A DNA stretch of 64,000 nt from Ruminococcus sp. (GTDB lineage: Bacteria > Bacillota > Clostridia > Oscillospirales > Ruminococcaceae), in the NCBI GenBank assembly GCA_030533265.1, contig JAUNJM010000003.1:11692-75691 (forward strand), given 5' to 3'. Position 1 is the stretch's first letter. Every line of letters begins with the position of its first letter. This document shows positions 1 to 10,013 of the stretch, one piece after another. A model generated the notes under the pieces. That model had not been told where the DNA came from. It saw only the letters and a list, made by a program, of their open reading frames with translations, and searched no databases. Position numbers and translations under genes: made by a program.

Positions 1-1204
1 AAACAGGAACACCCTGTGGGTTATTGAATTCTGAAGAAATACATGGGCAGTTCTCAGCAGGAGCAGTAAATCTTGAGTTTGGATGAGCAAGCTTATTGCC
101 ATCAGCAATATATTCAACACCGTTGACCTTTTCACCCTTCCACTCTGTTGCATTAACAGGAGGATTCTTGTCAAGACCTTCCCACCAAGGAGTCATGTTA
201 TCGTTATTGATAGCAACGTTTGTAAAAATAGCGTTCTTCTTAGTTGAAGCAAGTGCATTGAAGTTAGATTTAGCATTTGTACCAGGCGCAACACCAAAGA
301 AACCGTTTTCAGGGTTGATAGCATAAAGTCTGCCATCCTCACCCGGTTTGAGCCAAGCAATATCATCACCGACTGTCCAGACCTTATAGCCCTTTTCTGT
401 ATAGCATACAGGAGGGATAAGCATTGCAAGGTTTGTCTTTCCGCAAGCTGATGGGAAAGCAGCAGTGATATATTTAACTTCACCGTCAGGCTTTTCAACA
501 CCAAGGATAAGCATATGTTCAGCCATCCAGCCTTCGTTCTTACCCTGGAATGAAGCAATTCTCAAAGCAAAGCACTTTTTACCGAGAAGTACATTTCCGC
601 CATAAGCTGAGTTGATAGACCAGATAGTATTATCCTCCGGGAAGTGAACGATATATCTGTTATCAGGGTTAACATCAGCCTTTGAATGAAGACCTCTTAC
701 GAAGTCATTTGATGTATCGCCAAGGTTCTCAAAAGCCTTAGCACCCATTCTTGTCATGATATCCATGTTAAGAACAACATAGATAGAGTCTGTAAGCTCA
801 ACGCCGACCTTAGCCAAAGGTGAGCCGATAGGACCCATTGAATATGGGATAACATACATTGTTCTGCCCTTCATAACACCGTCATACATAGGTGTAAGCT
901 TAGCATACATTTCAGCAGGTGAGCACCAGTTGTTTGTAGGACCTGCATCCTCTTCCTTTGTTGTACAGATAAAAGTTCTGTCCTCAACACGAGCAACGTC
1001 GTTTGGAAGCGTTCTGTGATAAAGGCAACCAGGATATTCGTCCTGATTCATTTCGATCATTTCGCCTGTTGAAAGTGCTTCGTCACGAAGTGCCTGGATC
1101 TGTTCGTCGGAGCCATCGATCCATACTACTTTATCAGGTTTTGTAAGTGCAATCATTTCATCAACCCAAGCGTTAACGTTAGGGTTCTTTGTAAGACTTG
1201 CCAT
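1..1204 (-). CDS. pckG: Phosphoenolpyruvate carboxykinase (GTP), 5' part; runs off window start (absent from ORF track)
   Basis: Manual translation from ATG at 1204: MASLTKNPNVNAWVDEMIALTKPDKVVWIDGS...NDVARVEDRTFIC...YGGNVLLGKKCFALRIAS...WMAEHMLILG...AAFPSACGKTNLAM...VGDDIAW...INPENGFFGVAPGTN; these are GTP-PEPCK signature motifs; GAGGAG RBS. Confidence 0.95.
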   Translation of the reverse strand, partial: MASLTKNPNVNAWVDEMIALTKPDKVVWIDGSDEQIQALRDEALSTGEMIEMNQDEYPGCLYHRTLPNDVARVEDRTFICTTKEEDAGPTNNWCSPAEMYAKLTPMYDGVMKGRTMYVIPYSMGPIGSPLAKVGVELTDSIYVVLNMDIMTRMGAKAFENLGDTSNDFVRGLHSKADVNPDNRYIVHFPEDNTIWSINSAYGGNVLLGKKCFALRIASFQGKNEGWMAEHMLILGVEKPDGEVKYITAAFPSACGKTNLAMLIPPVCYTEKGYKVWTVGDDIAWLKPGEDGRLYAINPENGFFGVAPGTNAKSNFNALASTKKNAIFTNVAINNDNMTPWWEGLDKNPPVNATEWKGEKVNGVEYIADGNKLAHPNSRFTAPAENCPCISSEFNNPQGVPV

Positions 1205-1278
1205 AAGATTTTTACTCCTCTCATACTATATACTCTTTTTATTGAAAACTTGAAAAATTCAAATCTTCTACAAATAAC

Positions 1279-1307
1279 ATTATACCCTATAAAAGCTTTT
1301 TTGTCAA
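1279..1307 (-). promoter_or_regulatory. Sigma-A promoter of pckG
   Basis: TTGACA (1307-1302), 17 bp, TATAAT (1284-1279). Confidence 0.75.
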
Positions 1308-1315
1308 CACCTGAT

Positions 1316-1333
1316 TTGTGATATAATTAACGA
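1316..1333. promoter_or_regulatory. Possible Rex operator upstream of the pckG promoter
   Basis: TTGTGATATAATTAACGA; 2 mismatches to TTGTKAA-N4-TTMACAA. Confidence 0.4.
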
Positions 1334-1753
1334 TATTTTGCAATAATGTTTATCAGATTGTTCAAATTTGCGTTATTTTAACTCAATAAATCTTTTGACG
1401 TTGCGGATTTTTGAATTACAATAATAGAAATCTTGCAAAATTGTTATAAAACAAGCTGTATGCCAATAAGTTAAAAGTCATCCTTCAATAACGTTTACAA
1501 TAAGAAATCTGCTATTTGCACAAATAAGTATTTTCAGTCATTGAGTTATTGTGCAAAAATACCGCTTGATAAAATTCCACAGAAACAAACTACAGAACTT
1601 TTATTGCATATTTATATGATATAAAGGATTTAAATTGCTTTTATTTGTGAAACTCTGACAAAATCAGAAATTCATCCGAAATTTTTGCTCAATTTGATTT
1701 TATAATAAAACAGTTATATCATAAATATATCAAAGATAACAGGAGAGATTTAT

Positions 1754-2260
1754 ATGGCATCAACAAATCAGAAAATAAAAAAACTGGCACTTACAGGACT
1801 TTTCATGGCAATGACATATGTGCTCACTGCTTTTTTTCACATTCCGACGATAAAAGGTTACGTTCATGTTGGTGACGCTATTGTTTTTATTGCTTCTTGT
1901 GTGCTTCCTACACCTTACGCAATAGCATCTGCTTCTATCGGAGGTGCACTTGCTGATGCATTATCAGGTTACTGGATATGGGTTCCTGCAACTCTGTTAA
2001 TCAAAGGACTTACTGCTCTGTTTTTTACATCAAAAAAAGAAAAAGTTATTTGCAGACGAAACCTGCTTGCATTAATCCCTGCATTAATTTTATGTGTTGG
2101 CGGTTACGGTCTTTACAGTGGTTTTGTGATATACGATTCACTTGTGGCAGGCTTTGCAGATGCATTTGCAAACACAATGCAGATTGTAACAAGTGCATTT
2201 CTGTATGTAATCTTAGGTCTTGCTTTTGACAAGCTTAGTTTAAAGAAAAAGATGCAATAA
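1754..2260 (+). CDS. ECF transporter S component (TIGR04002-like)
   Basis: Hydrophobic 168 aa with GYVHVGDA and GGALADALSGY..W.PAT motifs; AGGAG RBS. Confidence 0.8.
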   Translation: MASTNQKIKKLALTGLFMAMTYVLTAFFHIPTIKGYVHVGDAIVFIASCVLPTPYAIASASIGGALADALSGYWIWVPATLLIKGLTALFFTSKKEKVICRRNLLALIPALILCVGGYGLYSGFVIYDSLVAGFADAFANTMQIVTSAFLYVILGLAFDKLSLKKKMQ

Positions 2261-2276
2261 AATATATTATGACGAT

Positions 2277-2307
2277 AACACCCCGATAGAATTTATCGGG
2301 GTGTTTT
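2277..2307. terminator. Intrinsic terminator
   Basis: AACACCCCGATA/TATCGGGGTGTT stem plus T run, between convergent genes. Confidence 0.8.
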
Positions 2308-2356
2308 CCTTGTCATAAACTTATTATTCTTTTGTGCACTGACTTTTCTATAATAA

Positions 2357-2545
2357 TTACTCTTCGACATCAATAACTGAAACAGGACATCCTTCGGCAC
2401 AATTACGCACTAAATCTTCTTCTGAGCTGTCGGGCTGTTTTATTACATAAGATTTATCATCCTCGTTAAAATCAAAGACATCAGGACATTCATTTACACA
2501 GAAGCCACAGCTTATGCACCCTTCCTGATCCACATAAACCTTCAT
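2357..2545 (-). CDS. Single-cluster ferredoxin
   Basis: CISCGFC...CP motif; acidic 62 aa. Confidence 0.9.
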   Translation of the reverse strand: MKVYVDQEGCISCGFCVNECPDVFDFNEDDKSYVIKQPDSSEEDLVRNCAEGCPVSVIDVEE

Positions 2546-2710
2546 TACAATTCAATCCTTTCCTTTTTAGTTGGCATAAATTTACCGTCCTTATTATACC
2601 CGTTTGTGAAAGTTATAAACATCTTAAAATCATTATGCACACATCGTCAAAATACGACATATATTGAAATGATACGTCTTTTAAATATAACAAACAAAGG
2701 AGATATTATA

Positions 2711-2965
2711 ATGGACTTTTTTGAAAGTGGCGTTTTAGGCAAAATCTTTGACGCTGACAATTCAGTCATGGATAGCGACAGCTGCAGCTGTCCTCAGCCT
2801 GTAGGAAAATTTCCTGCTGAAACACCCGTTGCAATGGCTTATGTACCGTTTCAGCAATGGGAAAATCCATACGACAAAGATGCAGGCTTATCAAGGGGGA
2901 CTATCTTCCCATCACTTGATAAGCCGTTCATTGGCAAGGGGGTAAGAGATTGTGACAATGACTGA
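2711..2965 (+). CDS. cotJA: Spore coat-associated protein CotJA
   Basis: AMAYVPFQQW...GTIFPSLDKPF; start reassigned to ATG 2711 after AAGGAG. Confidence 0.9.
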   Translation: MDFFESGVLGKIFDADNSVMDSDSCSCPQPVGKFPAETPVAMAYVPFQQWENPYDKDAGLSRGTIFPSLDKPFIGKGVRDCDND

Positions 2966-3212
2966 CAAACAGAGAGCTATGCGAAAGGTACAGGCTGCAA
3001 CCTTTGCACTCGTTGAAGCTAATCTTTATCTGGACAGTCACCCGACCTGTCCGAACGGTCTGGAATACTTTGCGGAACACAAAAAAGCTTACGAAAAGGC
3101 AGTAAAGGAATATGAAGAAAGATTCGGGCCACTTACTGCAAATGCATCAAACGATACAAAAAAGTGGAATTGGGTAGTCACACCTTTTCCATGGGAAAGA
3201 GGTGAGAGCTGA
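2952..3212 (+). CDS. cotJB: Spore coat protein CotJB
   Basis: LYLDSHP...YEERFGPL...WNWVVTPFPWE. Confidence 0.9.
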   Translation: MTMTDKQRAMRKVQAATFALVEANLYLDSHPTCPNGLEYFAEHKKAYEKAVKEYEERFGPLTANASNDTKKWNWVVTPFPWERGES

Positions 3213-3820
3213 TGTGGCAATATCAAAAGAAACTTGAATATCCAGTAAACATTAAAAATCCTAATCCCGCTTTGGCAAAGGTAATAATTTCGCAGTTGGG
3301 CGGTCCTGATGGTGAAGTCGGTGCTGCTATGAGATACCTTAACCAGCGTTATGCAGCACCATGCCGTGAGATTCAGGCAATCCTGACAGACGTCGGCACT
3401 GAAGAACTTTCTCACATGGAGATCGTTTCAGCTATTCTTTATCAGTTGACGAGAAACCTATCCATCAAAGAGATAAAGGAAAGTGGTTTTGACACCTATT
3501 TTGTGGACCACACTACAGGTATCTATCCTATTGCTGCTTCCGGAGTTCCTTTCACCGCAAGTATATTCCAGAGCACAGGTGATCCTCTTGCTGACCTCCA
3601 TGAGGATCTTGCTGCTGAACAAAAAGCACGACTGACTTATGATAATATCCTGAGATTGACTGATGATCCTGATGTTCGTGATCCTATCAAATTCCTCAGA
3701 GAACGTGAGATAGTTCACTTCCAACGTTTCGGTGAAGGTCTGAGAATGACACAGGATATGCTTGATGCTAAAAACTTCTATGCTTTTAACCCAAGCTTTG
3801 ATAAAAAGAAAACAAAATAA
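3212..3820 (+). CDS. cotJC: Manganese catalase family spore coat protein CotJC
   Basis: MWQYQKKLEYPV, GGPDGE, TEELSHME, REREIVHFQRFGE. Confidence 0.93.
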   Translation: MWQYQKKLEYPVNIKNPNPALAKVIISQLGGPDGEVGAAMRYLNQRYAAPCREIQAILTDVGTEELSHMEIVSAILYQLTRNLSIKEIKESGFDTYFVDHTTGIYPIAASGVPFTASIFQSTGDPLADLHEDLAAEQKARLTYDNILRLTDDPDVRDPIKFLREREIVHFQRFGEGLRMTQDMLDAKNFYAFNPSFDKKKTK

Positions 3821-3910
3821 CTTTTGTATTATAAATCAATGAGGCATATCTCATTTTATTCACACAACAGTAAAACTAAATAATAGCAAAAAGCCTCCTA
3901 TGCCAGAGTA

Positions 3911-4184
3911 GAACCATATTTTAAAGCGACTAAAGAATACAACGTTGCGTCGTCAATCTAAAGACGTGGAAACCCTTCTGATAACGCTATGAGAGAATTT
4001 TTCTTTTCTGTCTTGAAGACAAAGTGTATTTATCGGGTGAAACCCATGACTTCTACAACAATGAACGTATTCAATTTAAAACAAAACTGACTTCGCTTAA
4101 AAAACGAAGTCAGTATGTTGCTTAAAATTTAATATTGCACCATAGGGGCGTTTTTGAATTATCCATATAGTTTGGGGAGGTACA
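3911..4184 (+). mobile_element. Degenerate IS3-family remnant (3' end of transposase orfB plus probable right inverted repeat)
   Basis: Reads YFKATKEYNVASSI*RRGNPSDNAMREFFFSVLKTKCIYRVKP, then after a deletion/frameshift FYNNERIQFKTKLTSLKKRSQYVA*; this follows the IS3 SxxGNxxDNA.xE.FF..LK.E and YN..R pattern; ends TTTGGGGAGGTACA (..CA terminus). Confidence 0.8.
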
Positions 4185-4189
4185 TAACT

Positions 4190-6742
4190 TTAACCCTTTG
4201 CGTCATACCAGCTTGCACCAACATTTACATCAACAAGCATCGGAACTGCAAGGGATACTGCATTTTCCATTTCTTCTTTCAGGATAGCTGACGCTTTTTG
4301 CACATCATTATCCGAAGCTTCAATGATAAGCTCATCGTGAACCTGCAAAATAAGTCTTGCATCAAGCTTTTCGGCTTTGAGTCGCTCATAAACCTTGACC
4401 ATTGCAATCTTGATTATATCCGCAGCAGCACCTTGTATCGGCGCATTCATTGCTGCACGTTTACCGAAAGCCTGAATCATCTTGTTGCTTGCAGAAAGCT
4501 CAGGAATATATCTTCTTCTGCCGAAAAGCGTGGTAACATATCCATCTTTTTGCCCATTAGCAACAGTTTCGTCCATAAACTTACTAACTTTCGGAAAGTT
4601 ATCGAGATAGCTCTGAATATATCTCTTTGCCTCAGCAACAGATACTCCGATATCCTTTGAAAGTGAAAATGCTCCGATACCATATATGATACCAAAGTTT
4701 ACTGCCTTTGCAGCTGAACGCATTTCAGGTGTGACAAAATCCTCAGGGAGATCAAAAACCTGAGAGGCAGTGCTTCTATGAATATCCTTGCCGTCCTTGA
4801 AAGCAGACTGCATATTCTCGTCGCCACAAACGGATGCAAGAACTCTCAACTCAATCTGGCTGTAGTCAGCGTCCAGCAGAGAGTATCCGTCCTCAGCTAC
4901 AAAAAACTTTCGCATATTTCTGCCGATCTCTTTTCTGACGGGGATATTCTGCATATTCGGCTCGGTTGATGAAATTCTGCCTGTACGGGTTTCAGTCTGC
5001 TTGAACACTGAATGTACCCTGCCATCGGAATCAATCTGTTTAAGCAGTCCTTCAACGTACGTAGAATTAAGCTTGGTCAGTGTGCGGTATTCTATGATAA
5101 GAGGTACAATCGGGTGCTTGGATACAAGCGATTCAAGCACCTCAGCGTTAGTGGAATAGCCACTTTTGGTTTTCTTTTTGACAGGCAGTTTCAAATCCTC
5201 AAAAAGCACTTGTCCGAGCTGTTTCGGAGAGGATATGTTGAACTCCTTGCCTGCATAGGTGTAAATCTCGTCTGTGATACGGTCTATATCTGCCGAAAGC
5301 TGAACTCCAAAGTCCTTGATTCCTTGTATATCAGCTTTGACGCCCCATACTTCCATTGAAGCCAACACTTCGCATAGTGGGAGTTCAATATCGTTATAAA
5401 GCTTGTCCATCTGAGTAAGTTCAAGCTGTTTTTCAAGGCATATGTGCAACGCTGAAAGACTTGAAATGTCAGCAAGCTCACCCATGTCACTGCGATAAGC
5501 AACATTGTAAGCAAGACAAAGATTTTCGACAGTATACTCACTTGCCTGAGAGTTGAGCAGGTAGCCTGCAAGATCACAGGAAAATACAAGATTTTTAAGC
5601 TCGCTACCATGACCAAATGCAAGCTTGTGAGCCTCTTTTCCCTCAAAACAGATTTTTTTGCAGTCAGATGCAAAAAACTTCACCATAAGCTCATCGTTAT
5701 CTGAAAGGTAAATACAGTCCTCAAAAAGCACCTGTAAAGCGTTATCCGAATAAATAAAATAACAGGTTTTATCAGCAGGAAACGCCGATAAATCGGATTC
5801 AATAAGTTGCTTTGAATCATATTTCGGGAGATCAGAAAGCTTTGTTTTCTGTTCGATAATCTCATCATTGCTGTTTGCACCTGCTCCCGTCAAACCGAGC
5901 CTGTCCATAAGCTTGTTCATTTCAAGACGCGCCAAAAGCTGTCGTGACTTGTCAACATCACGTTCTCCAAGTCTGTAAGCCTCAGGGTCTTTATCAACAG
6001 GTACATCAAGAAAAATCTCTGCAAGAAAACGGCTGTTCAAGGCATCACCATGACCAGCTTCAAGCTTTGCACGGACACTTTTTGTAAGAGTCATGCTATC
6101 AAGATTTTTATAAAGCTCATCAATACTGCCTTGTTGCTGTATAAGACTTAGTGCAGTTTTCTCACCGATTCCCTTTACACCTGAAATATTGTCGCTCGAA
6201 TCTCCCATAAGAGCCTTGACTTCGATCATCTGTCGAGGCTGAACGCCATACTCCTCCATGATACGATCAGGGGTGTAAATCTTTGTTTCCTTAACACCTG
6301 CAAGACGCACAGTAACATTATCGTTTATAAGCTGAAAGCTATCTCTGTCACCCGTGAGAATAAAGCACTCGTTACCCGAATCGGCAAAAATCTTTGAGAG
6401 CGTACCGAGAATATCGTCAGCCTCATAGCCCTCACATTCGATTGTTTTTATGCCGAGATCGGTAAGCAGTTCTTTTATAAGTGGCATTTGCAATGCAAGC
6501 TCTTCAGGCATACCCTTACGGTTTGCTTTATAACTTGGATCAGCTTTGTGACGAAAAGTCGGAGCTTTAAGGTCAAACGCAACCGCAACGCAGTCAGGTT
6601 TTACAGCCTCAAACTCCTTCAGATATATATTCATAAACCCCGTAAGTGCATTGGTATATTCGCCCTTTGAAGACGAGAGTACTCTTATACCATAAAACGC
6701 ACGGTTCATGATGCTGTTTCCGTCAATAGCAAGTAATTTCAT
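4190..6742 (-). CDS. polA: DNA polymerase I
   Basis: 5'-3' exonuclease N-terminus (DGNS..RAFY); DYSQIELR, AKAVNFGIIYG, QVHDEL. Confidence 0.98.
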   Translation of the reverse strand: MKLLAIDGNSIMNRAFYGIRVLSSSKGEYTNALTGFMNIYLKEFEAVKPDCVAVAFDLKAPTFRHKADPSYKANRKGMPEELALQMPLIKELLTDLGIKTIECEGYEADDILGTLSKIFADSGNECFILTGDRDSFQLINDNVTVRLAGVKETKIYTPDRIMEEYGVQPRQMIEVKALMGDSSDNISGVKGIGEKTALSLIQQQGSIDELYKNLDSMTLTKSVRAKLEAGHGDALNSRFLAEIFLDVPVDKDPEAYRLGERDVDKSRQLLARLEMNKLMDRLGLTGAGANSNDEIIEQKTKLSDLPKYDSKQLIESDLSAFPADKTCYFIYSDNALQVLFEDCIYLSDNDELMVKFFASDCKKICFEGKEAHKLAFGHGSELKNLVFSCDLAGYLLNSQASEYTVENLCLAYNVAYRSDMGELADISSLSALHICLEKQLELTQMDKLYNDIELPLCEVLASMEVWGVKADIQGIKDFGVQLSADIDRITDEIYTYAGKEFNISSPKQLGQVLFEDLKLPVKKKTKSGYSTNAEVLESLVSKHPIVPLIIEYRTLTKLNSTYVEGLLKQIDSDGRVHSVFKQTETRTGRISSTEPNMQNIPVRKEIGRNMRKFFVAEDGYSLLDADYSQIELRVLASVCGDENMQSAFKDGKDIHRSTASQVFDLPEDFVTPEMRSAAKAVNFGIIYGIGAFSLSKDIGVSVAEAKRYIQSYLDNFPKVSKFMDETVANGQKDGYVTTLFGRRRYIPELSASNKMIQAFGKRAAMNAPIQGAAADIIKIAMVKVYERLKAEKLDARLILQVHDELIIEASDNDVQKASAILKEEMENAVSLAVPMLVDVNVGASWYDAKG

Positions 6743-6806
6743 TTTTACACCTCTGTATTATTAAAGTTTACAGGATTATATTAATCACAATTTCTTTTCA
6801 CACTCA

Positions 6807-7823
6807 TTATTCTGAGAGCTTGTCCAACGACAGTGTTGCAATACCGTTGAGATCCTGTCCTGCACGTTTACCTGCAATATAATCGAAATACGCCTGACAG
6901 CCTATCATTGCAGCATTGTCACCACAGTATCTGAACTCAGGCATGAAAAGCTTGTAACCACGTTTGTCACAAGCCTCCTGCAAAGCATTGCGAACACCTG
7001 AATTTGCCGAAACACCGCCTGCAAGCCCGATAGTAGTGTACCCGTATTCTTCAGCTGCTTTCATTGTTTTTTCAACAAGTATTTCCGAGATAGTCTTCTG
7101 GAATGATGCTGCCATGTCCTCACGGTTAATAGTTTCACCCTTCTGAGCAGCGTTGTGAACTGTGTTTATAACAGCAGTCTTCAATCCCGAAAAACTAAAA
7201 TCAAATTCCGAACCCTGCACCTTGGGCTTAGGTAGCTTGAAAGCATCAGGATTTCCCAATTTTGATGCCGAATCAATGTGCTTTCCGCCGGGATACTCAT
7301 ATCCTAAAGTCCTTGCCACCTTGTCAAAACACTCACCTGCAGCATCATCTCTTGTCCTTCCGATGACGTGATATTTTGTGTAATCTCTCACTTCAACAAT
7401 ATGGCTGTGCCCTCCTGACACTACAAGACACAGGTACGGAAGTTTAAGCTCAGGATGAGAAATATAGTTCGCTGCAATGTGCCCTGCAATATGGTGTACA
7501 GCAATCAATGGCTTTCCTGTAGAGAGAGCCAATCCCTTTGCATAGCTTATGCCTACAAGCAAAGCACCAATAAGTCCAGGTGCATAAGTCACAGCAATAG
7601 CGTCAATATCTGATAAAGTGCAGTTGCTTTCTTTGAGAGCCTCAGCAACGACTGTTGATATGTTTTCACAGTGCCGACGTGAAGCGATCTCAGGCACAAC
7701 TCCACCATAAAGCTTGTGTTCGTCAATCTGAGTAGCAACAATATTTGAAAGCACATTTACTCCGTCCTCAACAACGGCACAAGCTGTTTCGTCACAAGAG
7801 CTTTCTATAGCAAGAATTCTCAT
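6807..7823 (-). CDS. tsaD: tRNA N6-adenosine threonylcarbamoyltransferase
   Basis: IESSCDET, GGVVPEIASRRH, HHIAGH, DDAAGECFDK, DNAAMIG. Confidence 0.97.
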   Translation of the reverse strand: MRILAIESSCDETACAVVEDGVNVLSNIVATQIDEHKLYGGVVPEIASRRHCENISTVVAEALKESNCTLSDIDAIAVTYAPGLIGALLVGISYAKGLALSTGKPLIAVHHIAGHIAANYISHPELKLPYLCLVVSGGHSHIVEVRDYTKYHVIGRTRDDAAGECFDKVARTLGYEYPGGKHIDSASKLGNPDAFKLPKPKVQGSEFDFSFSGLKTAVINTVHNAAQKGETINREDMAASFQKTISEILVEKTMKAAEEYGYTTIGLAGGVSANSGVRNALQEACDKRGYKLFMPEFRYCGDNAAMIGCQAYFDYIAGKRAGQDLNGIATLSLDKLSE

Positions 7824-7983
7824 GTTGATAATCTTTCCTTTCAGTTAAATTTGTATATCACGGAACGGAAACTCTGTCAGAATCTATTCCCTCTGTTTCA
7901 TAAATGAATGTATACCCTGTATGCCTGCTGTAATTGCTCACAAGAAGTATTCTGTCCAAAGCTTGTATGCATAAAGTCATCTT

Positions 7984-8715
7984 CTATTTGCTGTCAAGTC
8001 CGTATATCCTGTTCATTTCATCAGAAAAACCACCGTTTTCACCCTGGGTAAAAAGCGAAGGCTCAACCTGTAAGAACGGATTTCCACCCTTTCGACTCTC
8101 GACAAGCACAAGCCACGGAGCTGTATACGGATTTTTGGATACAAAGCGTACTCGTTTCGGTTCAAGACCATTTCCCCTCATAGCGACCATGATATCGCAG
8201 AGTCGCTGAGGTCTGTTGCAGATACAAAGTCGTCCACCGAATTTCAGATTCCTTGCAGCTGCTTTGCACACATCATCAATAGTGCACATCATTTCGTGCC
8301 TTGCGATTGAAACAGCTTCAAGGTCATTTTTTGCACCGGTGTTATCAATCTTGTATGGTGGGTTGCAGGTGATAACATCAAGCTCCTGCTCAGATTTCCA
8401 GTCTTTCAGATCACCCATAACAGGTGTAATGCTGTCAATGTGAGAACGCTCCAGCGAAATTCTTAGCTGATCATGAGCTTTCTGCTGTATTTCCAGAGCA
8501 AAAATGTGCTTAGGTCGTGAATTTTTGTGCATAAGCAGTGCAACAATTCCACTTCCTGTACAAAAATCGCAAACGCTGTCCTTGTGACGTGGTTTGGCAA
8601 AGTCAGCAAGCAAAAATGCATCCGTGCCGAAACGGTGTTCGGTAGATATACATATTTCTATATCATCACCCAGTTTTTCAAAGGTGAAATCATCATATTT
8701 AATGTTAGTATCCAT
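7984..8715 (-). CDS. tRNA1(Val) A37 N6-methyltransferase-like (YabB/TrmN6)
   Basis: FGTDAFLLA, DFCTGSG, CNPPY, IARHE. Confidence 0.85.
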   Translation of the reverse strand: MDTNIKYDDFTFEKLGDDIEICISTEHRFGTDAFLLADFAKPRHKDSVCDFCTGSGIVALLMHKNSRPKHIFALEIQQKAHDQLRISLERSHIDSITPVMGDLKDWKSEQELDVITCNPPYKIDNTGAKNDLEAVSIARHEMMCTIDDVCKAAARNLKFGGRLCICNRPQRLCDIMVAMRGNGLEPKRVRFVSKNPYTAPWLVLVESRKGGNPFLQVEPSLFTQGENGGFSDEMNRIYGLDSK

Positions 8716-9160
8716 TTTTCATATCCTTTGTCATAAGCCATGCATTTTCTGTAGGGTTCCGATAGTAGTTCTTTCGTTCACCAAACTTGAAAAAACCATG
8801 CTTCCGGTATAAACTTTGTGCAGGAATATTGCTTTCTCTGACTTCAAGAAAAGCAACATCTGAACCGCTGTACTTGTCCAGAGCATTAGCAATCAGTCTG
8901 TCCGCAATGCCTTGTTTTCGGTACTCTTTCAGCACAGCGATATTGTTTATCGTTAGCTCGCCGACAACGCAGGATAAGTTTATAAACCCTGCTATTTTTC
9001 CATCGACAACGGCAACAAGAATATCACCGCTGTTGCTTGAAAGCTGATATTCAAAGCTCTGCTTGCTCCAGGGATCTGAAAAGCAAGTATTCTCAATTAA
9101 ACAAATATCTTCACAGTCACTAAGCTGAGCTTTCCGGATCACAATATCAGAATTACTCAT
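8705..9160 (-). CDS. rimI: Ribosomal protein S18 alanine N-acetyltransferase
   Basis: GNAT motifs NIAV..EYRKQGIA, LEVRESN, RKNYY. Confidence 0.9.
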   Translation of the reverse strand: MSNSDIVIRKAQLSDCEDICLIENTCFSDPWSKQSFEYQLSSNSGDILVAVVDGKIAGFINLSCVVGELTINNIAVLKEYRKQGIADRLIANALDKYSGSDVAFLEVRESNIPAQSLYRKHGFFKFGERKNYYRNPTENAWLMTKDMKNGY

Positions 9161-9992
9161 TTTCCTTGTCCTCTAAAAGCATAGCATAAAGCTCTCCCTT
9201 TGAGAAGTCTGTGGATTTTGCAATCTCCTTACAAGCGTCAGCACCTCTCATGCCCTTTGACACAAGATTTTTTACCTGCTCGTAAGCTTGCTCTATCGTT
9301 TCAACCGAAACAAGCTCCTCTGCTTTAGCTCCCTCAACAACAAGAACAAATTCACCCTTAGGCTTGTTCTGAGTGTAATATTCAATGGCCTCTGAAAGCG
9401 TAGTCCGGAAAACCTCTTCATGAATTTTAGTCAGCTCACGACAAAGTGAAATCCTTCTGTCACCGAAATATTCAAACATATCTTTCAGCGTATAGATAAG
9501 CTTGTGAGGTGCTTCATAAAATATCATCGTTGACGTACAGTTTTTGACCTGTGCAAGATGAGAGTATCTCTGTTTTTTTGTGACCGAAAGGAATCCCTCA
9601 AAAGCAAATCGTGACGTATCCAGACCACTTATTGCAAGAGCCGAAACCACTGCTGACGGCCCCGGAACAACATTAACCTCAATACCCTGTTCGGCACAAA
9701 GCTTTACAAGATCCTCTCCAGGATCTGAAATACAAGGCATACCTGCATCAGTAACGATAGCAGCGTTCTCACCTGCAAGCAACCTGTCGATAATTTGTTT
9801 TCCTGCAGTTTTAGTATTATGCTCATGATAGCTCAAAAGCGGTATCTTTATATCAAAATAGTTTAAAAGTTTAGCTGTTACCCTTGTATCCTCAGCGCAG
9901 ATAAAATCGACCTTCCTAAGCGTTTCCACTGCACGATAAGTCATATCACCAAGATTTCCGATGGGTGTTCCCACCAAAAAAAGCTTCCCCAT
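9153..9992 (-). CDS. rsmI: 16S rRNA C1402 2'-O-methyltransferase
   Basis: TPIGNLGD, AEDTR, DAGMPCISDPG, RELTKIHEE. Confidence 0.96.
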   Translation of the reverse strand: MGKLFLVGTPIGNLGDMTYRAVETLRKVDFICAEDTRVTAKLLNYFDIKIPLLSYHEHNTKTAGKQIIDRLLAGENAAIVTDAGMPCISDPGEDLVKLCAEQGIEVNVVPGPSAVVSALAISGLDTSRFAFEGFLSVTKKQRYSHLAQVKNCTSTMIFYEAPHKLIYTLKDMFEYFGDRRISLCRELTKIHEEVFRTTLSEAIEYYTQNKPKGEFVLVVEGAKAEELVSVETIEQAYEQVKNLVSKGMRGADACKEIAKSTDFSKGELYAMLLEDKENE

Positions 9993-10013
9993 GCTTATTT
10001 TCAGTCCTTTCTG

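Noticed and set aside
7824-7983. Remnant of tsaB or an RNA element between the methyltransferase and tsaD
   Set aside because: No recognisable coding remnant or convincing structure by eye
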